Positions 47,685-58,642 of a stretch of DNA of 60,413 bases are shown here, piece by piece. The position numbers were made by a program, and so were the translations under genes. Position 1 is the stretch's first letter; every line of letters starts with the position of its first letter. The notes under the pieces are model-generated. The model saw nothing but the letters and a program-made list of their open reading frames with translations, ran no database searches and was not told the origin of the DNA. Source of the stretch: Candidatus Woesebacteria bacterium (GTDB lineage Bacteria; Patescibacteriota; Microgenomatia; UBA10105; UBA927); contig JAGORV010000006.1 in the NCBI GenBank assembly GCA_018062625.1, positions 1 to 60,413 of the forward strand, written 5' to 3'.

Positions 47685-48863
47685 TTACTTTGCAGTAGGG
47701 GTCAAGACGGTGTCTAAAAAAAACCTTTCAATATCCTTTGCAATAATCTTCTTGTCATATCGGGATTCCATAGAGGTAAATATTTTATTTCGCAACAGTT
47801 CTCTTTTTTTCACGGACTGCGATTTAAACCATTGAATCGATTTCGCGATATCAGATGGTGCAATGGATTTAGCAATAAGTTTTTTTTCTATCGGTCCAAG
47901 TATCTCTGGAGTTGCACCTGTAGGAGTGCCCACCACCGGAACACCACGAGCAAGTGCTGATATCGTCATCATGCCAAATGTTTCAAGATCTTTTGATGGA
48001 ACGACACAGATATCTGCTTGATCTAACAAATAGTTCAGCTGAGCATGTGATACTTTATGTATAATATGCACATCGGTAAACAAATTCAATTTCTCATAAA
48101 GCTCAAGAAAATCAGTTGAATACATAGACTCAAAAGATCCTGCAATCGTAAGACGAAAGTCAACTCCTGCAGCTTTCAGCAGCGCCGCAGCTCGTAATAT
48201 ACTATCAACACCTTTTCTTGGTTCAAATCGACACACGGTAAGAAGCGAGAGTGTTTTTGAATTAACATGTCTGTGTTTTCGAACAGAAATATATCCGGGA
48301 ATTACCGTCACGCTTTCTTTATTTAGGAGGGGATAATGCACGTACAATAGTTTTTTCGCATATTGTGAAAACGTGAGTATTCTACTAGCCGAGACAATTA
48401 CTATAGATTGTATCAATCGATGACGCCAAGTTTGCATCTTGGTATACCAACTCTTTGGATGCATAGCAGCACTTTGCAACTCTAATGCAACATCTCCACA
48501 AAATGCATATACACGAGGCACAAACCACGTTGCTGGGCAACACATACCAACGATATACGCTCGAGAAAGAGGAGAATAAAAAAGCATTATATTGTATGTA
48601 CGATACACGGAATAAATTGCGCGTACAGTTCTTGAAAACCAGCGCAACCGGCCAATGATATTTCCATACCCTTGAAAAACTGGCAGCTCAAGGAGATGCG
48701 CTTGAGGAAAAATGCTTGCAGGGTCATTCAAATCACCTTTTGCGCCTACAATAACCACGGCATACCCCAGTTTTATCATTGCGCGGTAGTGCTGTTCCAT
48801 AAATGCAGTGGCTCCTCCAACATGGAATGAGTCTGTGACAAAAAGTGCTGCGGTCTTTTTCAT
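47685..48863 (-). CDS. GT4 glycosyltransferase, paralogue of 46488-47675
   Basis: RFEPRKG, VVPSKDLETFGM; start placed at MKKTAALF. Confidence 0.88.
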   Translation of the reverse strand: MKKTAALFVTDSFHVGGATAFMEQHYRAMIKLGYAVVIVGAKGDLNDPASIFPQAHLLELPVFQGYGNIIGRLRWFSRTVRAIYSVYRTYNIMLFYSPLSRAYIVGMCCPATWFVPRVYAFCGDVALELQSAAMHPKSWYTKMQTWRHRLIQSIVIVSASRILTFSQYAKKLLYVHYPLLNKESVTVIPGYISVRKHRHVNSKTLSLLTVCRFEPRKGVDSILRAAALLKAAGVDFRLTIAGSFESMYSTDFLELYEKLNLFTDVHIIHKVSHAQLNYLLDQADICVVPSKDLETFGMMTISALARGVPVVGTPTGATPEILGPIEKKLIAKSIAPSDIAKSIQWFKSQSVKKRELLRNKIFTSMESRYDKKIIAKDIERFFLDTVLTPTAK

Positions 48864-49047
48864 ATTGGTTGCCGGTATTCTATCACGGCAGCGTGAAATA
48901 TTTTCATAGAAAACAATTTTTAATTTCATTCCTTCTACAAGCTGTAGTAACGATTTTGTGTCTACAGTATAATGCGAGCGCTATGGACAAACAAAATAAA
49001 TACATACAAAGAATAAATACTACAACAATCACAGCATATAATTCTCT

Positions 49048-50004
49048 ATGATCTCAGTCATCATTCCTACAAAAAATCGCAATAATAAGCTATATCGTTG
49101 TATTCGATCAATCGTAAACAATACATTTCAGCAATATGAAATAATCATTATTGATCAAAACGACTTCACTCATCCCACAAATCTTTGGCTATCACAAGTA
49201 AATTCGCAGATAAAATATTTTCATTATCCCCGCGGGGGGAAATCTATGGCACTCAATACTGCTCTACATCAGGCCAAAGGAAATATCATCGCATTTACTG
49301 ACGATGACTGTATCGTGTCAAAAACTTGGCTTGCATCTATATATAAATCATTTTCATTACATCCAAATATCGTTGGTGTATTTGGCAGCACATACCCATA
49401 TCTTCCAACAAAAGTTCCTCACACGATTTGCCCATCTACATTCACGTATAAAAAATCGCGTCACATACGCCGCATCAGCCACATATCTCAAATTGGATTT
49501 GGAAATAATATGGCAATACGTAAACAATCATTACGTGCTGTGGGAGGATTTCGTGCTTGGTTAGGACCAGGTACTATAGCACCTGCAGCGGAAGATGCAG
49601 AAATCGCAACCCGACTCCTTGCCTATAACAACGAGCTCTTCTATGAACCAGCTATGCGTGTGCATCATAATCGATGGCTCTACTCATCCGAAATGAGACG
49701 ACAGGATGTGTTGTACTATCGAGGAGAATTTGCCTGTTATGCATATTATGCATCTCAAAAATATTTAGTTACTCAATACAACATTACGCAAAAAATGCTT
49801 ATACTCGTACATCGAATACAGATCGTGTGGAAAAATATGTTTTATAAAGGCTTGAATCGCGATACGATAGGGGCAACCTATTGGCAGACTCGGATTTTTA
49901 CTTCAGCATTACTGGGTGTATGTATAGGTCTTTATTTTGCTCTCATTGATCCAATAGATAAAAATACTAAAATGACACAAGACATAAAATACTCTCAACC
50001 ATGA
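49048..50004 (+). CDS. GT2 glycosyltransferase
   Basis: SVIIPTKNR, FTDDD, GNNMAIRK, AEDAE. Confidence 0.9.
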   Translation: MISVIIPTKNRNNKLYRCIRSIVNNTFQQYEIIIIDQNDFTHPTNLWLSQVNSQIKYFHYPRGGKSMALNTALHQAKGNIIAFTDDDCIVSKTWLASIYKSFSLHPNIVGVFGSTYPYLPTKVPHTICPSTFTYKKSRHIRRISHISQIGFGNNMAIRKQSLRAVGGFRAWLGPGTIAPAAEDAEIATRLLAYNNELFYEPAMRVHHNRWLYSSEMRRQDVLYYRGEFACYAYYASQKYLVTQYNITQKMLILVHRIQIVWKNMFYKGLNRDTIGATYWQTRIFTSALLGVCIGLYFALIDPIDKNTKMTQDIKYSQP

Positions 50005-50936
50005 CAGCTCACCCAACATTTTCAATCATTGTAGTAACGAAAAATAACAGCGGCTTACTTACAAAAAGTATCGCCGCCATCACAAGGCAATCTGAAAAAA
50101 CAAAAACTCCGATAGAAATTATTGTCATAGATAGCTCACCTAACGAGCAATTAACTCGTCGACTTACTTTAACAGCAAAACACTCCTCTATACATCATGT
50201 ACGATTTCGGAAACATGGCATTTCATTGGCAAGAAATTATGGTATATCAATAGCAAAAGGGAGATACATTTGCTTTATCGATGACGACACGATCATCAAC
50301 AATCAGTGGCTCCGTATACTCTGTAGCGCTACAGTAAATCATCCATCATGCATTATATTTGGACAAATTCTACCCACATTTGAAAAAAAAGTTAGTGAGT
50401 ATGCTCTCTCATCAATCGAAGAGGTGACACCATGGATTTTTACCTCAGTCAAAGCAAGCAACCCGAAATCTATATGGCCGTATGCGGTAAATGTATGCAT
50501 CCCGAGGCAAATCTTCAAGACTCATGGTGCTTTTTCGGAACTTTTCGCAAACGAGGAAGGACCCGTAAAACATCCCTATGGCGAGGATCCAGAATTTTTC
50601 TCTCGTGTGCTTACCCAAGGAGCGAAAATAAAATTCGAACCAAATCTTATATGCTACCATCACCTTAAAAGCGACAGATTATCTTTACCATATCTTTTTT
50701 CTCGCTATATTGATGATGGAAAAAATAGCGTACTTGGATTTATTCATGAAACTCATAGAATACATCCACTACATATCGCACGATTTATCTTGCGCGATCT
50801 GCATACCGCTATAACACAAAACAAATGGACCAACTTATATACACATTTATACACAGTAACAAGGCTTTTTGGAGAATGTCTCATGTGTGTGTACCTTATT
50901 CGATATCATTCGTATTATCTAACTCGCGTGAAGTAG
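50001..50936 (+). CDS. GT2 glycosyltransferase
   Basis: ISLARNYG, FIDDD, GEDPEF. Confidence 0.9.
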   Translation: MTAHPTFSIIVVTKNNSGLLTKSIAAITRQSEKTKTPIEIIVIDSSPNEQLTRRLTLTAKHSSIHHVRFRKHGISLARNYGISIAKGRYICFIDDDTIINNQWLRILCSATVNHPSCIIFGQILPTFEKKVSEYALSSIEEVTPWIFTSVKASNPKSIWPYAVNVCIPRQIFKTHGAFSELFANEEGPVKHPYGEDPEFFSRVLTQGAKIKFEPNLICYHHLKSDRLSLPYLFSRYIDDGKNSVLGFIHETHRIHPLHIARFILRDLHTAITQNKWTNLYTHLYTVTRLFGECLMCVYLIRYHSYYLTRVK

Positions 50937-50963
50937 AATATATATCCAACAAGATAATGACAT

Positions 50964-52097
50964 TTACTTTAGCTTCATCAGAATAGTGGAAATCTTTTGT
51001 TGCCAACTCATAGCCCTTGCTTCTTTTCGCTGTTTTTTCTGCATATCCACGCCCCATCCCTCATCACGAATGCTTTTGACTGCTTGGGCAAACTCATCTG
51101 GTCCAGAAATTATTCGAAGTAATTTATTCTGATGATATTTGCGCAGTGAAAGAATGTCCGTAGAAACAACGGGCTTACCAAGCGCAAAATACTCTAATGT
51201 CTTCATGGGGAATGAATATTTGTTAAATAAATTATCAACACGATATGGAATCAGACATACATCAAATTGAGAAATAATTTTGGAAATTTGTTTTTTGGCT
51301 ACCTGTCCGTTCCAAGTAACATTTTTTTCTTCTAATAATTGCCCAAATAAACTTTGCACATGTCCTATACGACCAAATACATCAACTTCGATGGGCCCAA
51401 CAAGCACAAACTGCACATCGGGTAGTTTCTTTACCACACTCGCAAGCAAGGCAAAGTCTAATCGATCACTAATCCCTCCAACAAACCCAACGGTCATCTG
51501 CAGCATATGTGACGATCCCTCGTGGGGAGGAACCTTATCAAACAATTCATGTGCAAATCCAAGCGGAACTACTTGCACATCAGGCCGTGTTTTTCTTAAT
51601 TGGGTAGCAAGTGGTTTTGAATTAGCAACGACATATGTCGCACATGGCAAAATGCGTGCATGCTCTGTTTTTGCGAGATCATTAAATCCTGGATAATAAT
51701 CCACACAGTCGTACAATGTCGTACAGCCCTTAAACAAAAATAGTAATTGAGATATATAAAATGGCTCAAAAAACCATATTATTTTCTTTTGCCCAATATG
51801 CTTACATTCCATCCACAGTCGTACCCCCGCGATAACGACCACATAACTCAACAGTTTCACCATGCGAAATCGAATTCCTGGTAGAAAACTAATTGGCCTT
51901 ATGACTATTGCGCCATCTGTCTTGCGAACCACCCAACGATCGTTGCTAAATAACCATTTAGGGAATGAAATAATGTCTCCGAGCGCTATGCCATATACAA
52001 AGTTTTTCTTGGCCACTATCCGCATTGTTTGGATAACATAATCGCAACCACTCGAAAGCGGAGAATTAAAAATAAAAATGATTGATGCGCTATTCAT
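50964..52097 (-). CDS. GT-B glycosyltransferase (GT4/TuaH-like)
   Basis: LYDCVDYY, VGFVGGISDRLD, FPMKTLEYFALGKPVVST; start placed at MNSAS. Confidence 0.87.
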   Translation of the reverse strand: MNSASIIFIFNSPLSSGCDYVIQTMRIVAKKNFVYGIALGDIISFPKWLFSNDRWVVRKTDGAIVIRPISFLPGIRFRMVKLLSYVVVIAGVRLWMECKHIGQKKIIWFFEPFYISQLLFLFKGCTTLYDCVDYYPGFNDLAKTEHARILPCATYVVANSKPLATQLRKTRPDVQVVPLGFAHELFDKVPPHEGSSHMLQMTVGFVGGISDRLDFALLASVVKKLPDVQFVLVGPIEVDVFGRIGHVQSLFGQLLEEKNVTWNGQVAKKQISKIISQFDVCLIPYRVDNLFNKYSFPMKTLEYFALGKPVVSTDILSLRKYHQNKLLRIISGPDEFAQAVKSIRDEGWGVDMQKKQRKEARAMSWQQKISTILMKLK

Positions 52098-52155
52098 ATT
52101 CGCTATTATACCAAGGGCATGAAATCTACACGCTTCTCTGATACAATTCGTGCGC

Positions 52156-53148
52156 ATGAAACAATCACCACTTCGGGTTATAGTCATTGGAGCAGGATTT
52201 TTTGGCACCAAACGCCTCGAGGCGTGTCTCGCACTGCCAAACACATTTACCGTTGTCGGCGTTGTCGATCCAGACGCGTCATCACAAGAGAGAATAAAAA
52301 CTCGCTACAAGCTTCCCACCGCGTCATCGCTATCTCTATTAAACATACCAGCAGACCTAGCAATCATCGCTACTCCAAACCTTTATCATGCCAAAGCGAG
52401 CATTGAAGCCATGAAGTATGGGTTACATGTGCTATGTGAAAAACCTCTGGCTATATCTAAAAAAGATGCACATCACATTGCGCTTGCTGCGATAAAATAT
52501 AAACGAATAGTCAAAACAGGTTCTAATCATCGTTTTTTTCACACAGTACAGAAAGCAAAAGAGCTGGTAGACAACCGAAAAATTGGAAACATATTATTTT
52601 TCAAAGGAAGCATCGGCACAAACGGAGAACGTGTTTCTAAACGCTGGTTTTGGCAATCAGCCATATCTGGAGGGGGAACATTTATCGACAACGGTTGTCA
52701 CTTACTTGATATTGCGCGCATGTTCATGGGAGATTTCAAGTCATGCACCGCTACCATGACGACAAATCTTTGGAAACAATCAAAAGTGGAAGATGTTGGA
52801 AGCGCTATATATATAACAGGGGACAACAGGCAAGCGATTATAACGTCCTCATGGATCCAGTGGGCGGGTTATGTACACATAGAACTTTGGGGCGAAAAAG
52901 GCTACATAGTTATCGATTCAACAACGCACGACACAGTAACGGTGGGTGGTAAAGATGGAACGTTTGTCGTGTATGACTACTCGAACGAAACCAAGGATTC
53001 ATATCATCGCGAATTGTTATATCTAGCCGAATGTATTCGCACAAACAAGCAACCCACTCCTAACGCAAAAGATGGGGCAGCGGTCATAGGAATGATAGAG
53101 GCAGCATACACATCGTCTACCAAACATACATGGATACCCATAAAATAA
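52156..53148 (+). CDS. Gfo/Idh/MocA oxidoreductase
   Basis: VIGAGFFG, HVLCEKPL, GGGTFIDNGCH. Confidence 0.92.
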   Translation: MKQSPLRVIVIGAGFFGTKRLEACLALPNTFTVVGVVDPDASSQERIKTRYKLPTASSLSLLNIPADLAIIATPNLYHAKASIEAMKYGLHVLCEKPLAISKKDAHHIALAAIKYKRIVKTGSNHRFFHTVQKAKELVDNRKIGNILFFKGSIGTNGERVSKRWFWQSAISGGGTFIDNGCHLLDIARMFMGDFKSCTATMTTNLWKQSKVEDVGSAIYITGDNRQAIITSSWIQWAGYVHIELWGEKGYIVIDSTTHDTVTVGGKDGTFVVYDYSNETKDSYHRELLYLAECIRTNKQPTPNAKDGAAVIGMIEAAYTSSTKHTWIPIK

Positions 53149-54257
53149 TTCCAGTAAATAGACCAGCAATACCAAAGAACGCAAGGAAATATCTCAACCA
53201 ATGCGTGTCTGAGGGATGGTTTTCTTCTGAAGGACCGTTTGTAAAAAGATTTGAGGATTCATTCGCGCGTTACCTTGGAGTATCCTATGCTTCTACCACC
53301 AGCTCTGGCACAGCGGCGCTACACCTCGCCCTTATGGCTCTAGGAGTGGGTCCTGGAGATGAAGTGATTCTTCCAGCGCTCACCATAGCCTCATGCTATT
53401 TCGCAATCTGGTACACAGGTGCGAAAGCAGTACCAGTGGACGTTGACCCAGAAATCTATTGCATAGATCCACGACTTATTGAGGCTAAAATCACGAAACG
53501 CACCAAAGTTATTATGGTTGTCCATTTGTTTGGGCATCCTGCGGATATGGATCCAATCATGAAAATAGCCAAAAAACATAAACTCAAAGTATTAGAGGAT
53601 GCGGCAGAAGCACATGGCGCAGAATACAAAGGTAAAAAAGCGGGGTCTATTGGCGATATCGCAATCTTTAGTTTTTATGCCAACAAAATTGTAACAACAG
53701 GCGAAGGTGGCATGGTCGTATCAAACAACAAAAAATACATACAAACGATCAACAAGCTCAAAACGCTCAATCACTCAAAAACACGATTTATACATGATGG
53801 AGTAGGGTACAACTATCTTATGAGCAATATGCAGGCTGCTGTAGGACTCGCGAGTCTCGAAGAGATTACGGCTTCAATAGCGAAAAAACGAGCCATGGCA
53901 AAAATCTATAACAAACTATTATCTAAAATTTCTTCGATTACATTACCCACAGAAAAATCTTGGGCAAAAAGCGTGTATTGGATGTATGCAGTTGTCCTCA
54001 AAACCACGTCGACTATCACACAAAACACTCTCATGAAAAGACTAGGTCAATCATATGGAATACAAACGCGATCCTTTTTTTATTCACCAAAAACTGCATT
54101 TAAAACAATAAGCCTCTTTCAAACCGGCAAGTATCCTGTAGCTGAATCATTAGAACAGACTGGGTTATATCTACCCTCAGGGCTCGGAAATAAAAAGTCT
54201 GAATTTCAACAAACCGCAAAAGCTCTCAAAAAAATACTACTAGCAATTAATCGTTAG
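53130..54257 (+). CDS. DegT/DnrJ/EryC1/StrS PLP aminotransferase (perosamine synthase-like)
   Basis: SSGTAALH, EDAAEAHG, FSFYANKIVTTGEGG. Confidence 0.93.
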   Translation: MDTHKIIPVNRPAIPKNARKYLNQCVSEGWFSSEGPFVKRFEDSFARYLGVSYASTTSSGTAALHLALMALGVGPGDEVILPALTIASCYFAIWYTGAKAVPVDVDPEIYCIDPRLIEAKITKRTKVIMVVHLFGHPADMDPIMKIAKKHKLKVLEDAAEAHGAEYKGKKAGSIGDIAIFSFYANKIVTTGEGGMVVSNNKKYIQTINKLKTLNHSKTRFIHDGVGYNYLMSNMQAAVGLASLEEITASIAKKRAMAKIYNKLLSKISSITLPTEKSWAKSVYWMYAVVLKTTSTITQNTLMKRLGQSYGIQTRSFFYSPKTAFKTISLFQTGKYPVAESLEQTGLYLPSGLGNKKSEFQQTAKALKKILLAINR

Positions 54258-55819
54258 TCTGCAAATTTAGGACGCTCAAATCGATGGATGTACAGATTAT
54301 AGTGTGGTGCCGCTATCTGAGCTATGGTTCCTATTCGTCTAAGCTTGCGAAAATCATGCGGATAATGACTTGCCATTTCAGACAGACAGTAATCATTTGA
54401 TGTGAAATTAAACTCTCCAATTTTACAAACCACATAGACATACTTCGGCACCGTAACTAATGGCTTGCTATTTTGTGAACCTGCCACCACCTTAGTTAAC
54501 TCTTTGCCAGTTATTGTTTCTAATATATACCAATACTGTTCCGAAAACATTCCAAAAATTCCAGGGTAATGACCTTCAGCGGCAATCACCCAAAAATCAT
54601 ACGGCTCATCTGCTTGATCCTCCAAACGCCTATAATCACTTAAAATTCGCTCGGCAACAGTTCTCGTGGATATAAAATCTCTATTTGGATCATTAAACAC
54701 GAGTGTGTATGTGTAATAGGATGTTCCTAAAAGCAGGAATGTTGCCAAAATCATCCTAACTCCAGGATGAATTATCCTGTCAATTAAAACGGTAAATCCG
54801 AACAGTGCAACAACATAAAAAGCATCAAAATAATAATACGGAACACTGTCTCCGTATACTGCACATACACCAAGCAAAGAAATAATCCAAAATATACTGC
54901 TGACAATAAACGGGCGTGGGATTGATTTTATGACTCCTGGAATTCTTTTTAAGATAAGCAGCCCTAATAACATTTCCCCCAAAATTATTTTTAATATCGT
55001 CTCAGCCCCAAAAAATAAATAACGCAAAAAAGACATCAAGCCTAAGCCCATGCGCTGAGGCAGCGCATTGTCATATGCATGGGCACCACCGGTAACCATC
55101 AAGTGAAAATCTGACACTTTTATATAGAGGAGCGCCCAAACAAAAAGTAGAAAATAATATATAAAAAATATAAGTAAACTTTTGTGAAATTTTTGCGCAC
55201 GAATGACTTCCCATACTAATGCGATGGAAAAAAATACTAGCACTGGAAGGTAACCTAAATGCAATGCAACCCCGCTGAACATGCAAATAACCAGAAGCAG
55301 CCCGTCATGAAACAACTCACTTCTGTGAAAACGAACATAAAATATCATTGTTAACACTATCAGCAGCCCCATTAGATTTGGTTGCAAAATTGATCGAGAA
55401 GGGACAACGGTTATATAACTAAACGAAACAAGTGACGCAAACAATAAACCAGTAAACGAATTGCGAAGCATTTTTCCTAACATATACGCGAGTACAATCG
55501 TAACAACCCCCATAAAAGCAAACGCTGTCATGACAAACGAAACTGTGTGACCAATTGAATACAATATCGCGATGAGCCAGAAGTACAGTGGGGTATTGTC
55601 CAAGAATGAGGTTCCACTTGGGGGCGGCGAATTAAACCACGACGCGCTTTGTTCCACCATATGTTTTGCAACCAATAGATCTCGCCCAGCATCTTCCTCC
55701 CATGGCATTCCATTGAACACTTGATAAAATCGAATAAAAATCCCTACCAACACTATAGCTGCAAGCAACAAATGCTGTGGCAAAATATGTTTATAAATTT
55801 TTTTGAATATCTTATTCAT
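54254..55819 (-). CDS. GT-C fold multi-TM glycosyltransferase (GT39/83-like)
   Basis: WEEDAGRD first-loop motif, PLYFWL, many TMs. Confidence 0.8.
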   Translation of the reverse strand: MNKIFKKIYKHILPQHLLLAAIVLVGIFIRFYQVFNGMPWEEDAGRDLLVAKHMVEQSASWFNSPPPSGTSFLDNTPLYFWLIAILYSIGHTVSFVMTAFAFMGVVTIVLAYMLGKMLRNSFTGLLFASLVSFSYITVVPSRSILQPNLMGLLIVLTMIFYVRFHRSELFHDGLLLVICMFSGVALHLGYLPVLVFFSIALVWEVIRAQKFHKSLLIFFIYYFLLFVWALLYIKVSDFHLMVTGGAHAYDNALPQRMGLGLMSFLRYLFFGAETILKIILGEMLLGLLILKRIPGVIKSIPRPFIVSSIFWIISLLGVCAVYGDSVPYYYFDAFYVVALFGFTVLIDRIIHPGVRMILATFLLLGTSYYTYTLVFNDPNRDFISTRTVAERILSDYRRLEDQADEPYDFWVIAAEGHYPGIFGMFSEQYWYILETITGKELTKVVAGSQNSKPLVTVPKYVYVVCKIGEFNFTSNDYCLSEMASHYPHDFRKLRRIGTIAQIAAPHYNLYIHRFERPKFAD

Positions 55820-55828
55820 ATGTAGTCA

Positions 55829-58573
55829 CTACCAAAAAACTTGATCATTCATTAGTTCTATAAGTTGGACCCCCCCATATATGGGTCTACTCGTCGTTAT
55901 TTTAGTCACTGGTTTATTCACATAAAACAATGGTAGTCGGTCTAAGTGAACCATACAAACATCTGGATGCAGACAGGCTTCAAATTTAATACTCGTTACC
56001 ATACTCCCAGATTCAACTTGCATGACTATATCATCTCCCAATAAACCATCCCGTGGGTCAAAAGAGAATAATACAGACAGACTCCTAGAACTTATTCTAC
56101 GTGTTTGTAACTGGTAATTAAGCTCGACAAGAGAATTCTTTTGTGTTTCTACGCGTTTCCAAGCGGATTCATACTTACGCAACTTACTTCCCTCTGATTT
56201 TGGAATGCGTCTCAAATCAATGTTGATCAACTCATTCATGAACACATAATTTAGTTGCGCATCGCCACTGAACGCATCGTGCGTAGATTGGGTTCTTTTC
56301 ATTATTACAAATTGTCCAATCAAAGCCACTGACTCATAATGGGTAAATATATATTTGTGAAGGACTGCATTTCTTACCAAATTCGGCACGCCATCCATAA
56401 AGTTGGGATTCGCAATATTTAAAACAACATATCGAATATCATTTCGGTCAATAAATTCTACATTTAGCTCTTGAGAGGCTTTTGGCGTTGCATCATAAGC
56501 GTTAAATATTGGCGGAGGCTTCTGTCCCAAAAGGACATAAAAAATTGGGTCGCCTGGATAACTATAGATTTTCCCATTAAACCCAACCTGACTCTTCATC
56601 CATCTCACAGCCTCATAATACGCTTCCATGCTGGCTCTTGGTAAAGCAGACAAGGGATTGCGCATACATTGCGCAAGTTGAGACGCAACAGGTATAGATC
56701 TTGCCATACGGGCTCTAGAGACTACATAGGAATCTTGCAACACAGCTACGCCACGAACAACTTTCGAATAAGAAAGATCAGGGAGGAAACAACATAAAAC
56801 ACAGACCGAAACCCACAACACCCTCCATCTTTGCCCAACCCTCTTCCTTGTTAAAGCTAAATGTACTACCGACAACGCACTTAAGATTACAAAATACAAA
56901 GGGACAAGAATATCATTATCAATTGCTCGAGTTGTATTTTTATATTGAATAATACCCAATACACAGATCGCCCCAAGTAGCGCATACATTTGCATAGATC
57001 GAAGCTTATTGAAATAACATATATATACATAGACAACAAGTGTTATGGCGATCCAAATACTGCCAGATATCCATATATCTCGAACCTGCCAACTAGAAAC
57101 AAAATAGGGCAACTTACCATAAAGGATGATTTTAGAATTAGCCGAAGCAAACTCCAAAAAAAGCGGTACTAAACCTTGCCTAATCAATGGTACGATAAAT
57201 ATCGATGCGCCTAACAAAAGACCCAACATATACCTAGCGCTTTGTGCTACAAAAAGGACAAATAAATTTCTTTTTTCTTGAGTGCTTCTTTGAATAACAG
57301 TGGAATCAACAAAAATCAGAACCAAAGACGCCACTATCAACACCATGCCTTGATCGGTAAGTAAAAAATAAAGCCCAGAAGAAATCACTCCCAAAACGAA
57401 AGTTGCGTATTTTTGGTATTTCGTATTTTTTGTAAACGCCCACGCAAATAATCCGATTATAACAGGGGCCGTTCCGTAGCGATAAAACGCCCACAGATAA
57501 GAGTTTGCTGAGATCAACACGAGGAGCACACCAAGCAAGATATATGCCAAAATAGACGACTGATACATTTTTTTTATCACAAAGAAAAACGCAACAAACA
57601 AACTCGATATATATACCCACAACAACACTCTCACCCAAACTAATCCTTCAGCAAAGAAGGTCAGATAACCATAGAGGTAAAAAATATCAATATTTGGCCT
57701 AAATCCGCGAGAGGCAGCATAGAACCAAGTTAAATAATTTTGGGAATCAAACCCAAGATCATATACTCGTGTAAAACACGACAAAAGATGAGGGAATGAA
57801 ACAGTAAAACTTATAAACACCACAAGCAATGCTTCTTGCATCAGCGACCAGCTCTTGCTCCAAGTGGAATGCCTAAAGCGGCGATAAAGAGCGCCGCTCA
57901 CAATGATCGAGCCTATTAACCATACTGGGGTTATTGCCATAAACACACTTTGAACGATTAAATATATTGCTGCGCAAGCAAGCACGAGTTTCGTATGTAT
58001 CAACAAATACTTATGGGTAAAGTATGCGTCTACCTGTTTTTCCAAATAACCTAGACAGACGCTCACCGCAAGCAAAATGAAGATATATTTGATTGATGGA
58101 GAATCTTGGTATTGCCCAATAAAACCAAATAAATAAAATAAAACATGGAACCACAGGCCTATCGATACTATGTTCGGCGTAAATCTTAGTAGGGAGGGGG
58201 ATTGATGAATAACCCGAGCGTAAGAAGGCGAAGCAGTATTTTCATCAAAGTATACATTTCTCTTTCTCAGAAAGAATACTCCAAACACTAAACTAAGAAC
58301 AAAAACAAAAACCCAAGGCAAATATAACACTAAAAATTCTCCAACATATGAGACTCCCTGATACTGAGCGACAGACATAATGCCCGCCGCCCCATATACT
58401 TCCTGAGGAAGCCACCTACTTAATGCCCCATAATACAAATAAACACATACTCCGTAAATCGCTGCTCCGATAAGCATAATGCCTAAAAACAACACCTTGC
58501 GAAGCTGCTCTTTGTGAAAAGCGATTACACTGGCCACAACAAGCAATGTAAATACTAGGAGCAACCTAAGCAT
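55829..58573 (-). CDS. Very large polytopic membrane protein, possible GT-C
   Basis: About 20 hydrophobic segments, LGFDSQNY, YGYL, C-terminal soluble domain; start placed at ATG 58573. Confidence 0.7.
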   Translation of the reverse strand: MLRLLLVFTLLVVASVIAFHKEQLRKVLFLGIMLIGAAIYGVCVYLYYGALSRWLPQEVYGAAGIMSVAQYQGVSYVGEFLVLYLPWVFVFVLSLVFGVFFLRKRNVYFDENTASPSYARVIHQSPSLLRFTPNIVSIGLWFHVLFYLFGFIGQYQDSPSIKYIFILLAVSVCLGYLEKQVDAYFTHKYLLIHTKLVLACAAIYLIVQSVFMAITPVWLIGSIIVSGALYRRFRHSTWSKSWSLMQEALLVVFISFTVSFPHLLSCFTRVYDLGFDSQNYLTWFYAASRGFRPNIDIFYLYGYLTFFAEGLVWVRVLLWVYISSLFVAFFFVIKKMYQSSILAYILLGVLLVLISANSYLWAFYRYGTAPVIIGLFAWAFTKNTKYQKYATFVLGVISSGLYFLLTDQGMVLIVASLVLIFVDSTVIQRSTQEKRNLFVLFVAQSARYMLGLLLGASIFIVPLIRQGLVPLFLEFASANSKIILYGKLPYFVSSWQVRDIWISGSIWIAITLVVYVYICYFNKLRSMQMYALLGAICVLGIIQYKNTTRAIDNDILVPLYFVILSALSVVHLALTRKRVGQRWRVLWVSVCVLCCFLPDLSYSKVVRGVAVLQDSYVVSRARMARSIPVASQLAQCMRNPLSALPRASMEAYYEAVRWMKSQVGFNGKIYSYPGDPIFYVLLGQKPPPIFNAYDATPKASQELNVEFIDRNDIRYVVLNIANPNFMDGVPNLVRNAVLHKYIFTHYESVALIGQFVIMKRTQSTHDAFSGDAQLNYVFMNELINIDLRRIPKSEGSKLRKYESAWKRVETQKNSLVELNYQLQTRRISSRSLSVLFSFDPRDGLLGDDIVMQVESGSMVTSIKFEACLHPDVCMVHLDRLPLFYVNKPVTKITTSRPIYGGVQLIELMNDQVFW

Positions 58574-58642
58574 AAATTCCAAAATCTCTCGCAACGAATA
58601 ATTACAAAATTATATACGTTATAAATATAGTAATATAGGGCA

